The notes: generated by a model not told the origin, from the sequence alone. 43,346 bases of DNA from an uncultured bacterium (GCA_964534375.1 CAZHPN010000029.1:1-43346), one strand, 5' to 3'; shown: positions 17,606 to 28,109, counted from the first letter of the stretch. Numbers and translations: made by a program.

Positions 17606-18865
17606 ATGTTGCTGCGGGCGCGCACCGGGCACGATTTCTCGCTGTACAAGAAACGGACGCTTTACTACCGCGTCGAGCGGCGGATGGAACAACATCAAAT
17701 TGACACCGTGGGGTCGTACGCGGCGTTCCTGGCCGGCGATCCGCAGGAATTGGATATTCTGTACAAGGAAATGTTGATCGGCGTGACGGGCTTTTTCCGC
17801 GACCCGGCGGCGTGGGAGGCGTTGAAATCTCACGTACTGCCGGCGCTGATCGCGAGCCGGCCGGCCGGCACGACGTTGCGCGTCTGGGCGCCCGGTTGCT
17901 CGACCGGCGAAGAGGCGTACTCGCTGGCCATTGTGTTTCAGGAGGCATTCGAAAACATCGCCCCGCGCAAGAACCAGGCGGTGCGGATTTTCGCGACGGA
18001 TTTGAATCGCGACGCGCTGCAGATCGCCCGCCGCGGATTTTACCCGCGCGAGATCGCGGCGGCGGTTTCGCCCGAACGGTTGCGGCGGTTCTTTCCCGAG
18101 GAGCCAGACGGCTATCGGGTGGCGGCGGAACTGCGCACGCCCGTCGTCTTTATGGTTCACAACGTGATCATGGATCGCCCGTTCGCCCAAATGGATCTGT
18201 TGATTTGCCGCAACCTGCTGATTTATCTCGACCCCCGCCTGCAAAAGAACCTCCTGACCATGTTCTGGCAGACCCTGAATCGGGGCGGCTTCCTTTTCCT
18301 CGGCCCCGCCGAATCGGTCAGCGGCGCGCGCGACCTGTTCACGCCGGCGCAGCGGCCGGCGAAGCTGTTTCAACGCGTCGAAATCAGTGCGCCGGCGCGA
18401 CTGGCGCCCCTCGCACCCGCCGTGCAGCGGCTGCCGTTCGGCGCCGGCGAGTCGGCCATTTTGCGGCTGGAGAGCGGCGGCGCCGCCGACCGTTCCCGCG
18501 CGCAGACCACGCGCGTGATTCCCGTCGCCTACGGCCGCGAAGATCGCCTGCTCGCCGACATTACGGCGGACTGGGCGTATCCGGAATTGGCGGCCGACGT
18601 GCGCCTGGCCTTTCAAAACGGCGCGCCCACGGACCGGGAGATCGACCTGCCCGACGGCCGGCGCTGGACCGCGCGCATCACGCCCTGGAACGTGCCCGGG
18701 CGCCAGCTCGACGCGGTCGTCGTCGCCGTGCGCGAAACGACAGCCATGCAATTGATGGAGCGGGAGCTGCGCGCGGCGGAAACGCGGCAACGGCAATTCC
18801 CGCACGCGGCGGCGGAACGCGGCGGCGAACGGCCCGCGGACGCGCGCGAGGGGGGCCGGCCGTGA
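17606..18865 (+). CDS. cheR: CheR-type protein-glutamate O-methyltransferase with a C-terminal PAS-like extension (stand-alone, not fused to CheB)
   Basis: The CheR_N region reads 'LLRARTGHDFSLYKKRTLYYRVERRM'. The SAM-binding region reads 'GFFRD...LRVWAPGCSTGEEAYSLAI...LLICRNLLIYLD'. A GGGAGAA SD lies 5 nt before the ATG at 17606. An N-terminal extension to 17477 cannot be excluded. Confidence 0.8.
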   Translation: MLLRARTGHDFSLYKKRTLYYRVERRMEQHQIDTVGSYAAFLAGDPQELDILYKEMLIGVTGFFRDPAAWEALKSHVLPALIASRPAGTTLRVWAPGCSTGEEAYSLAIVFQEAFENIAPRKNQAVRIFATDLNRDALQIARRGFYPREIAAAVSPERLRRFFPEEPDGYRVAAELRTPVVFMVHNVIMDRPFAQMDLLICRNLLIYLDPRLQKNLLTMFWQTLNRGGFLFLGPAESVSGARDLFTPAQRPAKLFQRVEISAPARLAPLAPAVQRLPFGAGESAILRLESGGAADRSRAQTTRVIPVAYGREDRLLADITADWAYPELAADVRLAFQNGAPTDREIDLPDGRRWTARITPWNVPGRQLDAVVVAVRETTAMQLMERELRAAETRQRQFPHAAAERGGERPADAREGGRP

Positions 18866-20586
18866 CCTCGGGCAAGCGGGCGATGTCGGATTTCAACACG
18901 CTGCGGCGGCGCGCCGAGGAGAAGTTGCGCGAACACCGCCACGTCGCGGCCGGCGGCGCGCTGGACGACGAAACGCAGAATTTGCTGCGCGAACTGCAGG
19001 TCCATCAGATCGAACTGGAATTGCAGAATGAAGAGTTAATCGGCTCGCGCGAGGAGCTCGAACGCACGCTGGAACGGTTCACCGACCTGTTCGACCGCGC
19101 GCCGGTGGGCTATTTCGCCATCGATCGCGAGGGCGTAATCCGGCAGGCGAACCTGACCGGCGCGACGCTGCTCGGCGTGGAGGCGCCCTTGCTGGCGAAC
19201 CGGCCGTTTGCGCAATTCGTCGTCGCGGAGGCGCGGCCGAGATTCGCCGTCTTTCTCCGGACGGTTTTCGACAAGCGGACGCGCCGCTTGTGGGAAACAT
19301 CGTTGCTGCGGCCGGGCAAGCGGCCGCGGTTCGTGCGCCTCGAGGCGACCGTTCCGGAGACGGGCGGCGAGTGCCGGCTGGCGGCGCTGGACATCACCGC
19401 CCGGCGGCGAATGGAGGAAGCGCTCCGGAAAAGCGACGAGAAATATCGGCTGATCGCGGAAAACGTAATGGACGTGATTTGGACCGCGGATTTGTCGCTG
19501 AACATTCAATATATCAGTCCGGCGGTCCTGCGCATGCGCGGGTACAGCGTCAGCGAAGCCCGGCGGCAGGCGCCGGAAGAGATCTTCCCCGCGTCGTCGT
19601 TGGAGATGTTGAATGGTCTGCTCGCCGCGGAATGGGAAAAAGATGCGCGGCCGCCGGCCGACCCCGCCGACGTGCGCACGATCGAGTTGGAACAGTACTG
19701 CAAAGACGGTTCGACCATCTGGACCGAATGTCAATTCGGTTTCCTGCGCGACGAAGACGGCCGGCCGCAGGGGATTATCTGCGTCACGCGCAACATCACC
19801 GAACGGCGGCGGGCGCAAGCGGAACGGTTGACGATGGAAGCGCAATTGCGCCATCAGCAAAAGCTCGAGTCCATCGGCACGCTGGCCAGCGGCGTCGCGC
19901 ACGAAATCAACAATCCGCTGATGGGCATCATGAACTTCGCCGAGTTGATTCAGACCCAGGACATGCCGCGGGTCAAAGTCGAGGATTTCGCCCGCAAGAT
20001 CGTCGCGGAAAGCGCGCGGGCGGCGAAAATCGTCCGCAATTTGCTGGCGTTTTCGCGGCAGGACAGCGAGGAACACAGCCCGGCGCTGATCGACACCGTC
20101 ATCCGCTCGACCTTGTCGTTGATCGAAACCGTGCTGCGCAACGAGGAAATCAAGGTCACAGTGGACGTGCCGGACGGGCTGCCGGCGATCCGCTGCCGGA
20201 GCCAGCAGATTCAGCAAGTGATCCTGAATCTGGTGACCAATGCCCGCGACGCGTTGAACGAGCGATATCCGGGCCGGGATCCCGACAAGACCCTGGCGAT
20301 CCGCGCCCGGCAAATGGAAAAGGACGGCGCGCCGTGGATTCGCACGGTCGTCGAAGACCACGGCGTCGGCATGGCCGCAAAAACAATGGCCCGGATATTC
20401 GATCCTTTTTTTTCCACCAAGCCGCGCCATCTGGGCACCGGCCTCGGGTTGTCCGTCAGTCACGGAATTATCCGGGAGCACGGCGGCAATTTATGGGTGG
20501 ACAGCAGACTGGGTGAATTTTCGCGGTTCTACGTGGACCTGCCGGTCGACAACGGCTGGCGGCTGGACCGCGACCGAACCGTGTGA
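18862..20586 (+). CDS. PAS/PAC sensor histidine kinase with an N-terminal 'LQxHQIELELQNEEL' coiled-coil motif, translationally coupled to cheR (GTGA overlap)
   Basis: The N-terminus is 'LLRELQVHQIELELQNEELIGSREELERTLERFTDLFDRAPVGYFAID'. Two PAS domains follow. The H-box is 'SGVAHEINNPLMGI', the N box is 'LNLVTNARDAL' and the G box is 'FFSTKPRHLGTGLGLSVSHGII'. Confidence 0.8.
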   Translation: MTSGKRAMSDFNTLRRRAEEKLREHRHVAAGGALDDETQNLLRELQVHQIELELQNEELIGSREELERTLERFTDLFDRAPVGYFAIDREGVIRQANLTGATLLGVEAPLLANRPFAQFVVAEARPRFAVFLRTVFDKRTRRLWETSLLRPGKRPRFVRLEATVPETGGECRLAALDITARRRMEEALRKSDEKYRLIAENVMDVIWTADLSLNIQYISPAVLRMRGYSVSEARRQAPEEIFPASSLEMLNGLLAAEWEKDARPPADPADVRTIELEQYCKDGSTIWTECQFGFLRDEDGRPQGIICVTRNITERRRAQAERLTMEAQLRHQQKLESIGTLASGVAHEINNPLMGIMNFAELIQTQDMPRVKVEDFARKIVAESARAAKIVRNLLAFSRQDSEEHSPALIDTVIRSTLSLIETVLRNEEIKVTVDVPDGLPAIRCRSQQIQQVILNLVTNARDALNERYPGRDPDKTLAIRARQMEKDGAPWIRTVVEDHGVGMAAKTMARIFDPFFSTKPRHLGTGLGLSVSHGIIREHGGNLWVDSRLGEFSRFYVDLPVDNGWRLDRDRTV

Positions 20587-20599
20587 AGAGGAGCGCGCC

Positions 20600-21724
20600 A
20601 TGCCGCGAATTTTGATCGTCGACGACGAACCGAACATCTGCGAAGCGATCGGCGAGTTTCTGCGCAACGACGGCCATGACGTCATGACGGCGCCGGACGG
20701 CGCGGACGCGCTGGCCGCCTTGACCGCGCAGCATTTCGACGTCGTGGTCACCGACATCATCATGCCGCGCTTTTCGGGCATCGAACTGCTGCACCGGATT
20801 AAAGATTCGGATCCCGAGGTGCAGGTGATTGTGGTGACCGGCGAGCCGACGCTGGAAACGGCTTCGACGGCGTTCCGCGAGCATGCGTTCGACTATCTGC
20901 CGAAGCCGGTCAGCGGCAAAGTGCTGCGGCAAGCCGTCGCCAACGCGTGCAAGCTGAAGGCGCTGGGCGAAGAAAAAAAGCGGCTCGAGGCCGAGAACGA
21001 CAAGTATCGCGAAGAACTGGAAAAGTTGGTCGAGGCCCGCACCGGCGAAGTCCTGCGCGCCAATCAACGGCTGCAGGAGTCGCTGATCTGCCTGCGCGAA
21101 AATCTGGACGACAGCACCCGCGCGATGTCGATCATGATCGAAAAGCGCGATCCGTACACCGCGGGGCACCAGGCGCGCGTCGCCCAGCTCGCACTGGCGA
21201 TGGCGACCGCGATGAATCTCGGGGAAAACGAAATCGCGTCGGTCCATACGGCGGCGCTGCTGCACGACGTGGGGAAGATTTGCGTTCCCGTCGAGATTTT
21301 GTCGAAGCCGGCGAAATTGAACGACGCGGAAATCACGTTGATCCAATGCCATTGCGAAGCGTCGTTCGAAATCCTGCGCACGATCCGGTTTCCCGGCCCG
21401 ATCGCGACGATCGCCGGCCAGCACCACGAACGGTGGAACGGCTCGGGGTATCCGGCGGGACTGCCGGGCAAGGAAGTCCTGCACGAGGCGCGGATCATCG
21501 CCGTGGCCGATGTCGTCGAGGCGATGACGCACCATCGGCCGTTTCGGCCGGCGCAGGGCGTTGCCGCGGCGCTTTCCCACATCACGGAAGCCGCCGGCGT
21601 GCTCTACGACCCGGACGTGACGGCGGCGTGCGTCGACACGTTCCGCGCGGGTTTTTCATTCAACGGCGGCTCGGCCGACATGCCGGGCCGGTACGGCGCC
21701 GATCTGAGCTGCCGCAACAATTGA
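20600..21724 (+). CDS. Response regulator with an HD-GYP domain (c-di-GMP phosphodiesterase class)
   Basis: The receiver reads '[14 protein letters not shown]' and 'VVVTDIIMPRFSG'. The HD-GYP domain reads 'AALLHDVGKI' and 'HHERWNGSGYPAGL'. A GAAGAGGAG SD lies upstream. Confidence 0.8.
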   Translation: MPRILIVDDEPNICEAIGEFLRNDGHDVMTAPDGADALAALTAQHFDVVVTDIIMPRFSGIELLHRIKDSDPEVQVIVVTGEPTLETASTAFREHAFDYLPKPVSGKVLRQAVANACKLKALGEEKKRLEAENDKYREELEKLVEARTGEVLRANQRLQESLICLRENLDDSTRAMSIMIEKRDPYTAGHQARVAQLALAMATAMNLGENEIASVHTAALLHDVGKICVPVEILSKPAKLNDAEITLIQCHCEASFEILRTIRFPGPIATIAGQHHERWNGSGYPAGLPGKEVLHEARIIAVADVVEAMTHHRPFRPAQGVAAALSHITEAAGVLYDPDVTAACVDTFRAGFSFNGGSADMPGRYGADLSCRNN

Positions 21725-21727
21725 CGG

Positions 21728-22156
21728 ATGGCAAACATCTTTCCGGGGGGAAACAAATTGACCACGCCGACGAATCTGCGACCGATGCGGGACCGCGGGA
21801 GCAAGGAATCCCTGGCCGACGCGATCGAAGTCATTCTCGACAAAGGGTTGGTGATCAACGCCGACATCACCGTGTCCGTGGCCGGCGTCGAGCTCCTCGG
21901 CATCAAAATCCGCGCGGCGCTGGCCTCGTTCGCCACGGCGGCCAAATACGGATTGGAGTTCCCGTCGGGGACCAACATCGAAACCTCCGCCTGGCGGCAG
22001 GCGCAGTCGGGCGACGAGTCTTGTCCGCAGTGCGGCAAACATTCCGCGACCGAAGAACTGCTCAATGACGGCTGCCCGTGGTGCGGCTGGCAAAGCGCGC
22101 GGGCGAGGGCGGTTGCGCCGGCGCCGCTGCCGCTGCCGATCGCCGGCAGTCAATGA
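21728..22156 (+). CDS. gvpJ: GvpJ/GvpM-type (GvpA-like) protein with a C-terminal zinc-ribbon extension
   Basis: The GvpA-like core is 'SLADAIEVILDKGLVINADITVSVAGVELLGIKIRAALASFATAAKYGL'. The C-terminus 'CPQCGKHSATEELLNDGCPWCG' is a CxxC...CxxC ribbon. The start may be the Met at 21785. Confidence 0.7.
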   Translation: MANIFPGGNKLTTPTNLRPMRDRGSKESLADAIEVILDKGLVINADITVSVAGVELLGIKIRAALASFATAAKYGLEFPSGTNIETSAWRQAQSGDESCPQCGKHSATEELLNDGCPWCGWQSARARAVAPAPLPLPIAGSQ

Positions 22157-22258
22157 AAGGCGGTTCGATGATCGGGACTTCGCCGCGGCGCGATCGCGTC
22201 CATTTGCCGACCTGCCGGGGCTGCGCGCGCGGCGACCCCGGCGCGGGCGAGGCGTAGC

Positions 22259-23230
22259 ATGGAGCCAGTGCGCGAGGCGAAAGCCACCGTCACGGACCTG
22301 CTCGATCGGTTGTTGGAAACCGGCGTCATTCTCGATTTGGACATGATCATCGGCATCGCCGGCGTGCCGTTGATCGGGGTCAGTCTGCGCGCCGCGATCG
22401 CGGCCATCGAAACGATGATCGAGTACGGGTTCATGCAGACATGGGACGAAAACACGCGGCGCTACGCCGAGCGCGAATTGCAGAGCAAACGTTTGCCGTT
22501 TGGGCGGGACGAACGCACGCTGGTGGAAATGTTCGGTTCGCATTGGTCGGCCGACGGCATCCAGCGGGCGTGGCGGCCCGGCCGGTTGTTCGTGACCAAT
22601 CAACGCTTGATCCTGTATCGGCGGATGCCCGCCGAGGTCCTGTTCGAGGCTCCGTTGGGACGCATCGCCGGCCTCGCGACCGGTGAGAGCGTGCGCTTCG
22701 ACGGGCGACGCGTCCCGCTCTTGCACATCACGTTGGACGACGGCGCCGCCGCGTCGTTCTACGCCGAGGATCTCGACGGCCTGCGGTCGGCGTTGGAAGA
22801 GCAATTGGCGGCGATGGGCGTGGCCGTCACCGCAACGAGCGAGGCCTGGGGTCAGGATTGCGAAGCGGCCGACGCGATGCCCGGCGCGCAGATCCTGGCC
22901 AAGGGCATGATGTGGCGGCAGGAATCCGGCGCGCCAGGGATCGCGGCCGAATGGCGCCCGGGAATTCTCTATTTGACCGACAAGGGGTTGCTCTGGTGGT
23001 CGCAGAACCGCCGGCGTCTGGAACTGCGCATCGCGGCCTCGTCGATCCTGGGCGTGACCGCGGAGACCCATGAAAAAAGCGCGTTGCTGCCCGAGAGTTC
23101 GATGCTGGTCGTGCGCTGGATGGGCCAGGACGCCACGATGACCAGCTTGTTCACTGGGAAAGCCGTCGAAGAGTGGCGTCGCGCGATTCGCCGCGTGGCG
23201 GTCGATGACAAAAGTGGAGCAGCGTCATGA
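22259..23230 (+). CDS. GvpJ/GvpM-like N-terminal domain fused to two PH/GRAM-like domains
   Basis: The N-terminus '[48 protein letters not shown]' is GvpA-like. Two repeats follow: '[35 protein letters not shown]' and '[35 protein letters not shown]'. These resemble bacterial PH/GRAM-like beta-sandwich domains; the domain call is by pattern, not by search. Confidence 0.55.
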   Translation: MEPVREAKATVTDLLDRLLETGVILDLDMIIGIAGVPLIGVSLRAAIAAIETMIEYGFMQTWDENTRRYAERELQSKRLPFGRDERTLVEMFGSHWSADGIQRAWRPGRLFVTNQRLILYRRMPAEVLFEAPLGRIAGLATGESVRFDGRRVPLLHITLDDGAAASFYAEDLDGLRSALEEQLAAMGVAVTATSEAWGQDCEAADAMPGAQILAKGMMWRQESGAPGIAAEWRPGILYLTDKGLLWWSQNRRRLELRIAASSILGVTAETHEKSALLPESSMLVVRWMGQDATMTSLFTGKAVEEWRRAIRRVAVDDKSGAAS

Positions 23231-23547
23231 TCGATGTCGACGAAGGGAACTTGAAGCAAGGTCTGCTGGGCCTGGTGATCGCCTTGGTCGAAGTGATCAA
23301 GGACGCGCTGGCGACGCAGGCCTTCCGGCGGATGGAAAACGGGCATTTGACCGACGCCGAGGTCGAGCGGCTCGGCGCCGCGCTGGCGGATTTGGACGTC
23401 GTGCTGGCGCAGATCAAAGAAGAACACGGCGTCGCGGAGGCGGTTCAACAGGTGCGCGACAGCCTCGACGATCTGGTCGGCGACGTGGTCGACCGCCTGT
23501 CGAATCCCGGCCGTTGGCCGGAAGCGGCCGAGCCGCTGTCGTCGTGA
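23227..23547 (+). CDS. gvpK: Gas vesicle protein GvpK
   Basis: '[57 protein letters not shown]' matches the GvpK pattern (LVLTVVELLRQLMEAQAIRRMEAGSL...). There is an ATGA overlap with the upstream gene. Confidence 0.8.
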   Translation: MIDVDEGNLKQGLLGLVIALVEVIKDALATQAFRRMENGHLTDAEVERLGAALADLDVVLAQIKEEHGVAEAVQQVRDSLDDLVGDVVDRLSNPGRWPEAAEPLSS

Positions 23548-23600
23548 ACGAATGCGGGGGGAATCCCCCACGCGTGTTCCGCTGGGGACGGAAGGCAACG

Positions 23601-26600
23601 ATGGATATTCGCCGGAAGAACGGAGGCCGCGCGGCGCGTATTTTCTACCTGATCTTCGTTCTTTTTGCCGCGGGCATCGTCGCCGGCGGCTACCTCTACT
23701 TCCATTACTATGAAAAGCACTACCGCATTGAGGTCGAGCATCAGCTTTCGGCCATCGCAGAACTGAAGGTGAGCGAACTGGCGCGGTGGCGCCAGGAAAG
23801 GTTGGCGGACGCGGCCGTCTTTTATCGGAACGACGCGTTCGCCGCGCTCGTGCGGCGTTATTTCGAGAAGCCGGACGATGCGGCAACGCAAGCGCAACTC
23901 GGGGCCTGGCTGGCGCATTTTCAGCAGGCGGAGCACTACGACGCGGTGATGTTGCTGGACAATCAATACGTCGGAAAGATGATTTTTCCCGCCGGACCGG
24001 AGCGCGGGCTCGCCTTCGTTTCTCCGGGCGTCGCGGCGACCCTGCAAGCGGGCCAGGTGGCCTTTGAGGATTTTTACCGCGACGAGCAGAACCGGCGAAT
24101 CTACCTGAAAACCATGATCCCGATTTTCGATGAACCGGACGGCGGCCGGCGTCTGGGCTGCCTGGCGCTACGAATCGATCCCACAACGTATCTCTACCCA
24201 TTTATCCAGCGCTGGCCGCTGCCCGGTCGCACCGCGGAAACGTTGCTCGTTCGCCGCGAAGGAAAGGACGTACTCTTCCTGAACGAGCTCAAATTCGCCG
24301 CCGACGTGGCGCTCACGCGGCGCATCCCGCTGGCGAGACAAGACGTGCTCGCCGTCAAGGCCGTCGCCGGACACCAAAGCATCGTCGAGGGCCTGGACTA
24401 CCGGAACGTGCCGTCGATCGGCGCGGTGCGGGCCGTTCCGGATTCGCCGTGGTTCCTCGTCGCGCGCATGGACACCGCCGAGGTGTATGCGCCGCTGCGC
24501 GGCCGGCTGTTGGCGACCGTGATCGTGGCGTGCCTGCTGCTCGTGTGTTCCGCCTTTGGCGCCGGCCTGGTCTGGCGGCAACGCGACGCCGCATTCTATC
24601 GGGCGCAATGCCAGTCGGACGAAGCCTTGCGGGAAAGTGAAAAAAAATTGCGCAGCTATATCGACAATGCGCCCGACGGGGTGTTTGTCGCCAACGAACT
24701 CGGCCACTACTTGGAGGTCAATCCGGCAGCCTGCGAGATGACCGGCTACTCCCGCGAAGAACTGACAAAATTGAATTTCATGGAGCTGGTTCCTCCGCAC
24801 GCAAAGGAAGCCGCTCGGCAGGCGTTTGCATCGGTCGCGCGGACCGGCAAGACGCGCGTCGAAATACCATTTCTTCGCAAAGACGGCCAAAGCCGTTTCT
24901 GGAGCGTCGACGCCGTCAAGCTGACGGATTCGGGATACCTCGCTTTTACCAAGGATACCACGGCACGCCGACGCGCCGAGGAAGAGCTGCGGGCGAGCGA
25001 AGGGAAACTGCGCAGCTATATCGACAATGCGCCGGACGGAGTTTTTGTCGCCAACGAACTCGGCAACTATTTGGAGGTCAATGCAGCAGCCTGTGAGATG
25101 ACCGGCTACTCCGGCGAAGAACTGACGAAAATGAATCTCATGGAACTGATTCCTCCACACGGAAAAGAAGCCGCGCAAAAGGCTTTTGAAGCGGTCGCGC
25201 AAACCGGCAAAATCCGCGTCGAAATTCCGTTTCTTCGCAAAAACGGCCAAGGCGGTTTCTGGAGCGTCGACGCCGTCAAGTTGACGGATTCGAGATACCT
25301 CGCATTTACCAAGGACATCTCGGCACGCCGACGCGCCGAGGAAGATCTGCGGGAGAGCGAAAGGAAATTGCGCAGCTATATCGACAATGCGCCCGACGGG
25401 GTTTTTCTCGCCAACGAATTGGGCAACTACGTCGAGGTCAATGCGGCGGCATGCGCGATCACCGGTTACTCCCGCGAAGAACTCCTGCAGATGAATCTGA
25501 TGGATCTCGTGCCGCCGGAAGGAAGAGACGCCGCGCGGCAGTCCTTCGAGGACGTCGTGCACACGGGCAAAACCAGCGTCGAATTTCCCGTCGTCCGCAA
25601 AAACGGCGAAGTCTTTTTCTGGAGCGTCGATGCGGTGAAATTGTCCGATACGCGATTTCTCGGATTCAAGAAGGACATCACCGCGCGCAAACGCGCCGAA
25701 GAGGCGCTGCGCGACAGCGAAGCCCGCTTTCGGGTGCTGTTCGACAGTTCCCACGACGCGATGATGATCCTGGAGCCGCCGCTCTGGAATTTCACCTCCG
25801 GGAACCCGGCGACGATCGCGATGTTCAAAGCCAAAGACAGCCGCGAATTCGAGTCGTACGGTCCGGCCGGGCTGTCTCCGGAACGCCAGCCGGACGGCCG
25901 CGCCTCCGCCGAAAAAGCGCGGGAGATGATCGACACAGCGATGCGGGAGGGCTCCCACTTTTTCGAGTGGACGCACCGGCGGGTCGACGGCGAAGATTTC
26001 TCGGCTACGGTCCTGCTCAGCAAGATCGAGTTGGCCGGGAAACCGATGCTGCAAGCGACGGTGCGGGATATTTCGGCGCAAAAACGCGCCGAGGAGACGT
26101 TGCGTCAGACGACTGAGCGGGCCAACCAAATGGCCGTCGAGGCGCAGGCGGCCAATATCGCCAAGAGCCAGTTCCTGGCCAACATGAGCCACGAAATCCG
26201 CACGCCGATGAATGGCGTCATCGGTATGACCGGCTTGCTGTTGGACACCGAGCTATCCGAGGAACAGCGCCGCTACGCCGAGACGATCCGCTCCAGCGGC
26301 GATTCGTTGCTGCGCGTGATCAACGACATTTTGGATTACTCGAAAATCGAAGCGGACAAGTTGGAATTGGAGACGCTCGATTTCGACCTGCGGGCGACGT
26401 TGGAGGACACGGCCGAACTGCTGGCGCTGCGCGCCTGCGACAAAAACCTCGAATTCGTTTGCCGCATCGATCCGACGACGCCGACTTTCCTGCGCGGCGA
26501 TCCCGGGCGTTTGCGCCAGATCCTCGTCAATCTGGGCGGCAACGCAATTAAATTCACCCAGAAAGGCGAGGTGGAAATCGACGTCCGGCCGGAGGCCGAA

Positions 26601-28109
26601 ACCGCCGAGCGGTTTACCGCCCGCTTTGCGGTGCGCGACACCGGCATCGGCGTTCCGGCCGACAAAATCGGGCTGCTGTTCAATGCCTTTCAACAGGTGG
26701 ACGCGTCCACTACGCGCTTGTTCGGCGGCACGGGGCTCGGGTTGGCCATTTCCAAACAACTGGTCGAGCAGATGGGCGGCGCGATCGGCGTGGAAAGCGT
26801 CGCAGGCCAAGGGACGACCTTCTGGTTCACTGCGGTTTTCGACAAGCAACCGCGGCGCGAAGACCGCGAGGATGCGCCGCGCGCCGACGTGCGCGGCATG
26901 CGCATTCTGGCCGTCGACGACAACGACACCAACCGCCTGGTGCTGGCGGAGCAACTGGCGTCCTGGGGCGTCCGCCACACCGAAACCGACAGCGCTCCCG
27001 AGGCGCTGCGGCTGATGCGCGCCGCCTGCGCCGAGAGCGACCCATTCCGCATTGTGGTTACGGATATGCAAATGCCGGCGATGGACGGCGAGGCGCTCGG
27101 CCGCGCCGTCAAGGCCGATCCCGAGTTGCGCGACACGCTGCTGGTGATCATGACGTCGCTCGGTCGCCGCGGCGACGCGAAACGGCTGGAGGCGATCGGC
27201 TTCGCGGCGTATTTGACCAAGCCGGTCAGACAGTCGCAATTGTACGATTGCCTCGCCACCGTGCTGGGCCGCGTGCCGACAACCGCCCAGGCCGACCCCG
27301 CACTGGTCACGCGCCACACGCTGGGCGAACTGCGCCGGCGAAAAGTTCGCATTCTGTTGGCCGAGGACAACGCCACCAATCAACAGGTGGCGCTCGGCAT
27401 CCTTGAAAAACTGGGTTTCCACGCCGACGCCGTGGCCGATGGGGAGGAAGCGATCCGCGCGCTCGAAAGCAATCCATATGATCTCGTTTTCATGGACGTG
27501 CAGATGCCGGTCATGGACGGCTTCGCGGCGACGCGCGCGATTCGTTCCGGCAAGACAAAAATAGCCAATCCGAAAATTCCCATTGTCGCGATGACGGCCC
27601 ACGCGATGAAGGGCGACCGCGAGCGCTGCCTGGCCGAAGGCATGGACGACTATGTGTCGAAACCGATCGGTTCGCAGGCGCTGGCCGAGGCGCTCGACCG
27701 CTGGCTCGGCCGCGTTTCCGACAAACGGCCGCCGCTCCACGTTTTCGCCAAAGCTCTGGACGCTGGCGAGGGGCCGCTTGTTTTCGACCGCGCGGCCCTC
27801 ACGGCGCGCCTCATGGGCGACGAGGATCTGCTCGCGGAAATCGTCGCGGGATTTCTCGGCGACATGCCCCGACAGATCGGCGAACTCCGAGCCTGCGTCG
27901 AACGGTCGGAGGCGGTGTCGGCGGCGAACCAGGCGCACACAGTTAAAGGCGCGGCGGCCAACGTGGGCGGCCTCGCCCTGAGCGCGGCGGCGCTGGCGAT
28001 CGAGAAATCCGTCAAAGCCGGCGATTGGGAAGAGAGCGCCGCCCTGTTGCCGGAGTTGGAGCGGCAGTTCGAATTGTTGCGGGCGGAGATGCCGGAGGCC
28101 GGTCGATGA
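23601..28109 (+). CDS. Large hybrid sensor histidine kinase (about 1500 aa). The domain order is an N-terminal extracytoplasmic sensor domain flanked by TM segments, 3 tandem near-identical PAS domains plus a fourth PAS, HisKA, HATPase_c, 2 receiver domains and a C-terminal Hpt domain.
   Basis: The start is the ATG at 23601, from '[34 protein letters not shown]', which contains TM1. TM2 is '[23 protein letters not shown]'. The H-box is '[15 protein letters not shown]' and the G box is '[19 protein letters not shown]'. The receivers read '[10 protein letters not shown]...[12 protein letters not shown]' and '[10 protein letters not shown]...[12 protein letters not shown]'. The Hpt domain reads '[13 protein letters not shown]'. 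The longer ORF from 23205 overlaps gvpK in another frame and is rejected. Confidence 0.85.
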   Translation: MDIRRKNGGRAARIFYLIFVLFAAGIVAGGYLYFHYYEKHYRIEVEHQLSAIAELKVSELARWRQERLADAAVFYRNDAFAALVRRYFEKPDDAATQAQLGAWLAHFQQAEHYDAVMLLDNQYVGKMIFPAGPERGLAFVSPGVAATLQAGQVAFEDFYRDEQNRRIYLKTMIPIFDEPDGGRRLGCLALRIDPTTYLYPFIQRWPLPGRTAETLLVRREGKDVLFLNELKFAADVALTRRIPLARQDVLAVKAVAGHQSIVEGLDYRNVPSIGAVRAVPDSPWFLVARMDTAEVYAPLRGRLLATVIVACLLLVCSAFGAGLVWRQRDAAFYRAQCQSDEALRESEKKLRSYIDNAPDGVFVANELGHYLEVNPAACEMTGYSREELTKLNFMELVPPHAKEAARQAFASVARTGKTRVEIPFLRKDGQSRFWSVDAVKLTDSGYLAFTKDTTARRRAEEELRASEGKLRSYIDNAPDGVFVANELGNYLEVNAAACEMTGYSGEELTKMNLMELIPPHGKEAAQKAFEAVAQTGKIRVEIPFLRKNGQGGFWSVDAVKLTDSRYLAFTKDISARRRAEEDLRESERKLRSYIDNAPDGVFLANELGNYVEVNAAACAITGYSREELLQMNLMDLVPPEGRDAARQSFEDVVHTGKTSVEFPVVRKNGEVFFWSVDAVKLSDTRFLGFKKDITARKRAEEALRDSEARFRVLFDSSHDAMMILEPPLWNFTSGNPATIAMFKAKDSREFESYGPAGLSPERQPDGRASAEKAREMIDTAMREGSHFFEWTHRRVDGEDFSATVLLSKIELAGKPMLQATVRDISAQKRAEETLRQTTERANQMAVEAQAANIAKSQFLANMSHEIRTPMNGVIGMTGLLLDTELSEEQRRYAETIRSSGDSLLRVINDILDYSKIEADKLELETLDFDLRATLEDTAELLALRACDKNLEFVCRIDPTTPTFLRGDPGRLRQILVNLGGNAIKFTQKGEVEIDVRPEAETAERFTARFAVRDTGIGVPADKIGLLFNAFQQVDASTTRLFGGTGLGLAISKQLVEQMGGAIGVESVAGQGTTFWFTAVFDKQPRREDREDAPRADVRGMRILAVDDNDTNRLVLAEQLASWGVRHTETDSAPEALRLMRAACAESDPFRIVVTDMQMPAMDGEALGRAVKADPELRDTLLVIMTSLGRRGDAKRLEAIGFAAYLTKPVRQSQLYDCLATVLGRVPTTAQADPALVTRHTLGELRRRKVRILLAEDNATNQQVALGILEKLGFHADAVADGEEAIRALESNPYDLVFMDVQMPVMDGFAATRAIRSGKTKIANPKIPIVAMTAHAMKGDRERCLAEGMDDYVSKPIGSQALAEALDRWLGRVSDKRPPLHVFAKALDAGEGPLVFDRAALTARLMGDEDLLAEIVAGFLGDMPRQIGELRACVERSEAVSAANQAHTVKGAAANVGGLALSAAALAIEKSVKAGDWEESAALLPELERQFELLRAEMPEAGR
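24620..25700 (+). repeat. Three in-frame tandem repeats of 360 bp (120 aa) inside the hybrid kinase, each encoding a PAS domain
   Basis: TTGCGCAGCTATATCGACAATGCGCCCGACGG recurs at about 24648, 25008 and 25368. The protein repeats ('[13 protein letters not shown](V/L)ANELG.Y(L/V)EVN.AAC..TGYS.EEL...N.M.L.PP....') appear about 80-90% identical to each other by eye. Confidence 0.8.

Noticed and set aside
15845-18805. A 986-aa ORF on the minus strand
   Set aside because: It is antisense to gvpF, gvpG and cheR. Its composition is Arg/Pro/Ala-rich with no recognisable domains, so it is a high-GC artefact.
18855-18870. Possible frameshift error that splits a single CheR-PAS-kinase fusion gene
   Set aside because: The junction is a clean GTGA overlap with a plausible start for the downstream kinase, and both ORFs are intact. 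It is kept as two coupled genes but flagged for read-level verification.
23205-23600. N-terminal extension of the hybrid kinase ORF back to 23205
   Set aside because: It overlaps gvpK in another frame, and the translation ([20 protein letters not shown]...) is Arg/Gly-rich junk. The ATG at 23601 begins a proper signal-anchor/TM segment and has an upstream GGAAGG.
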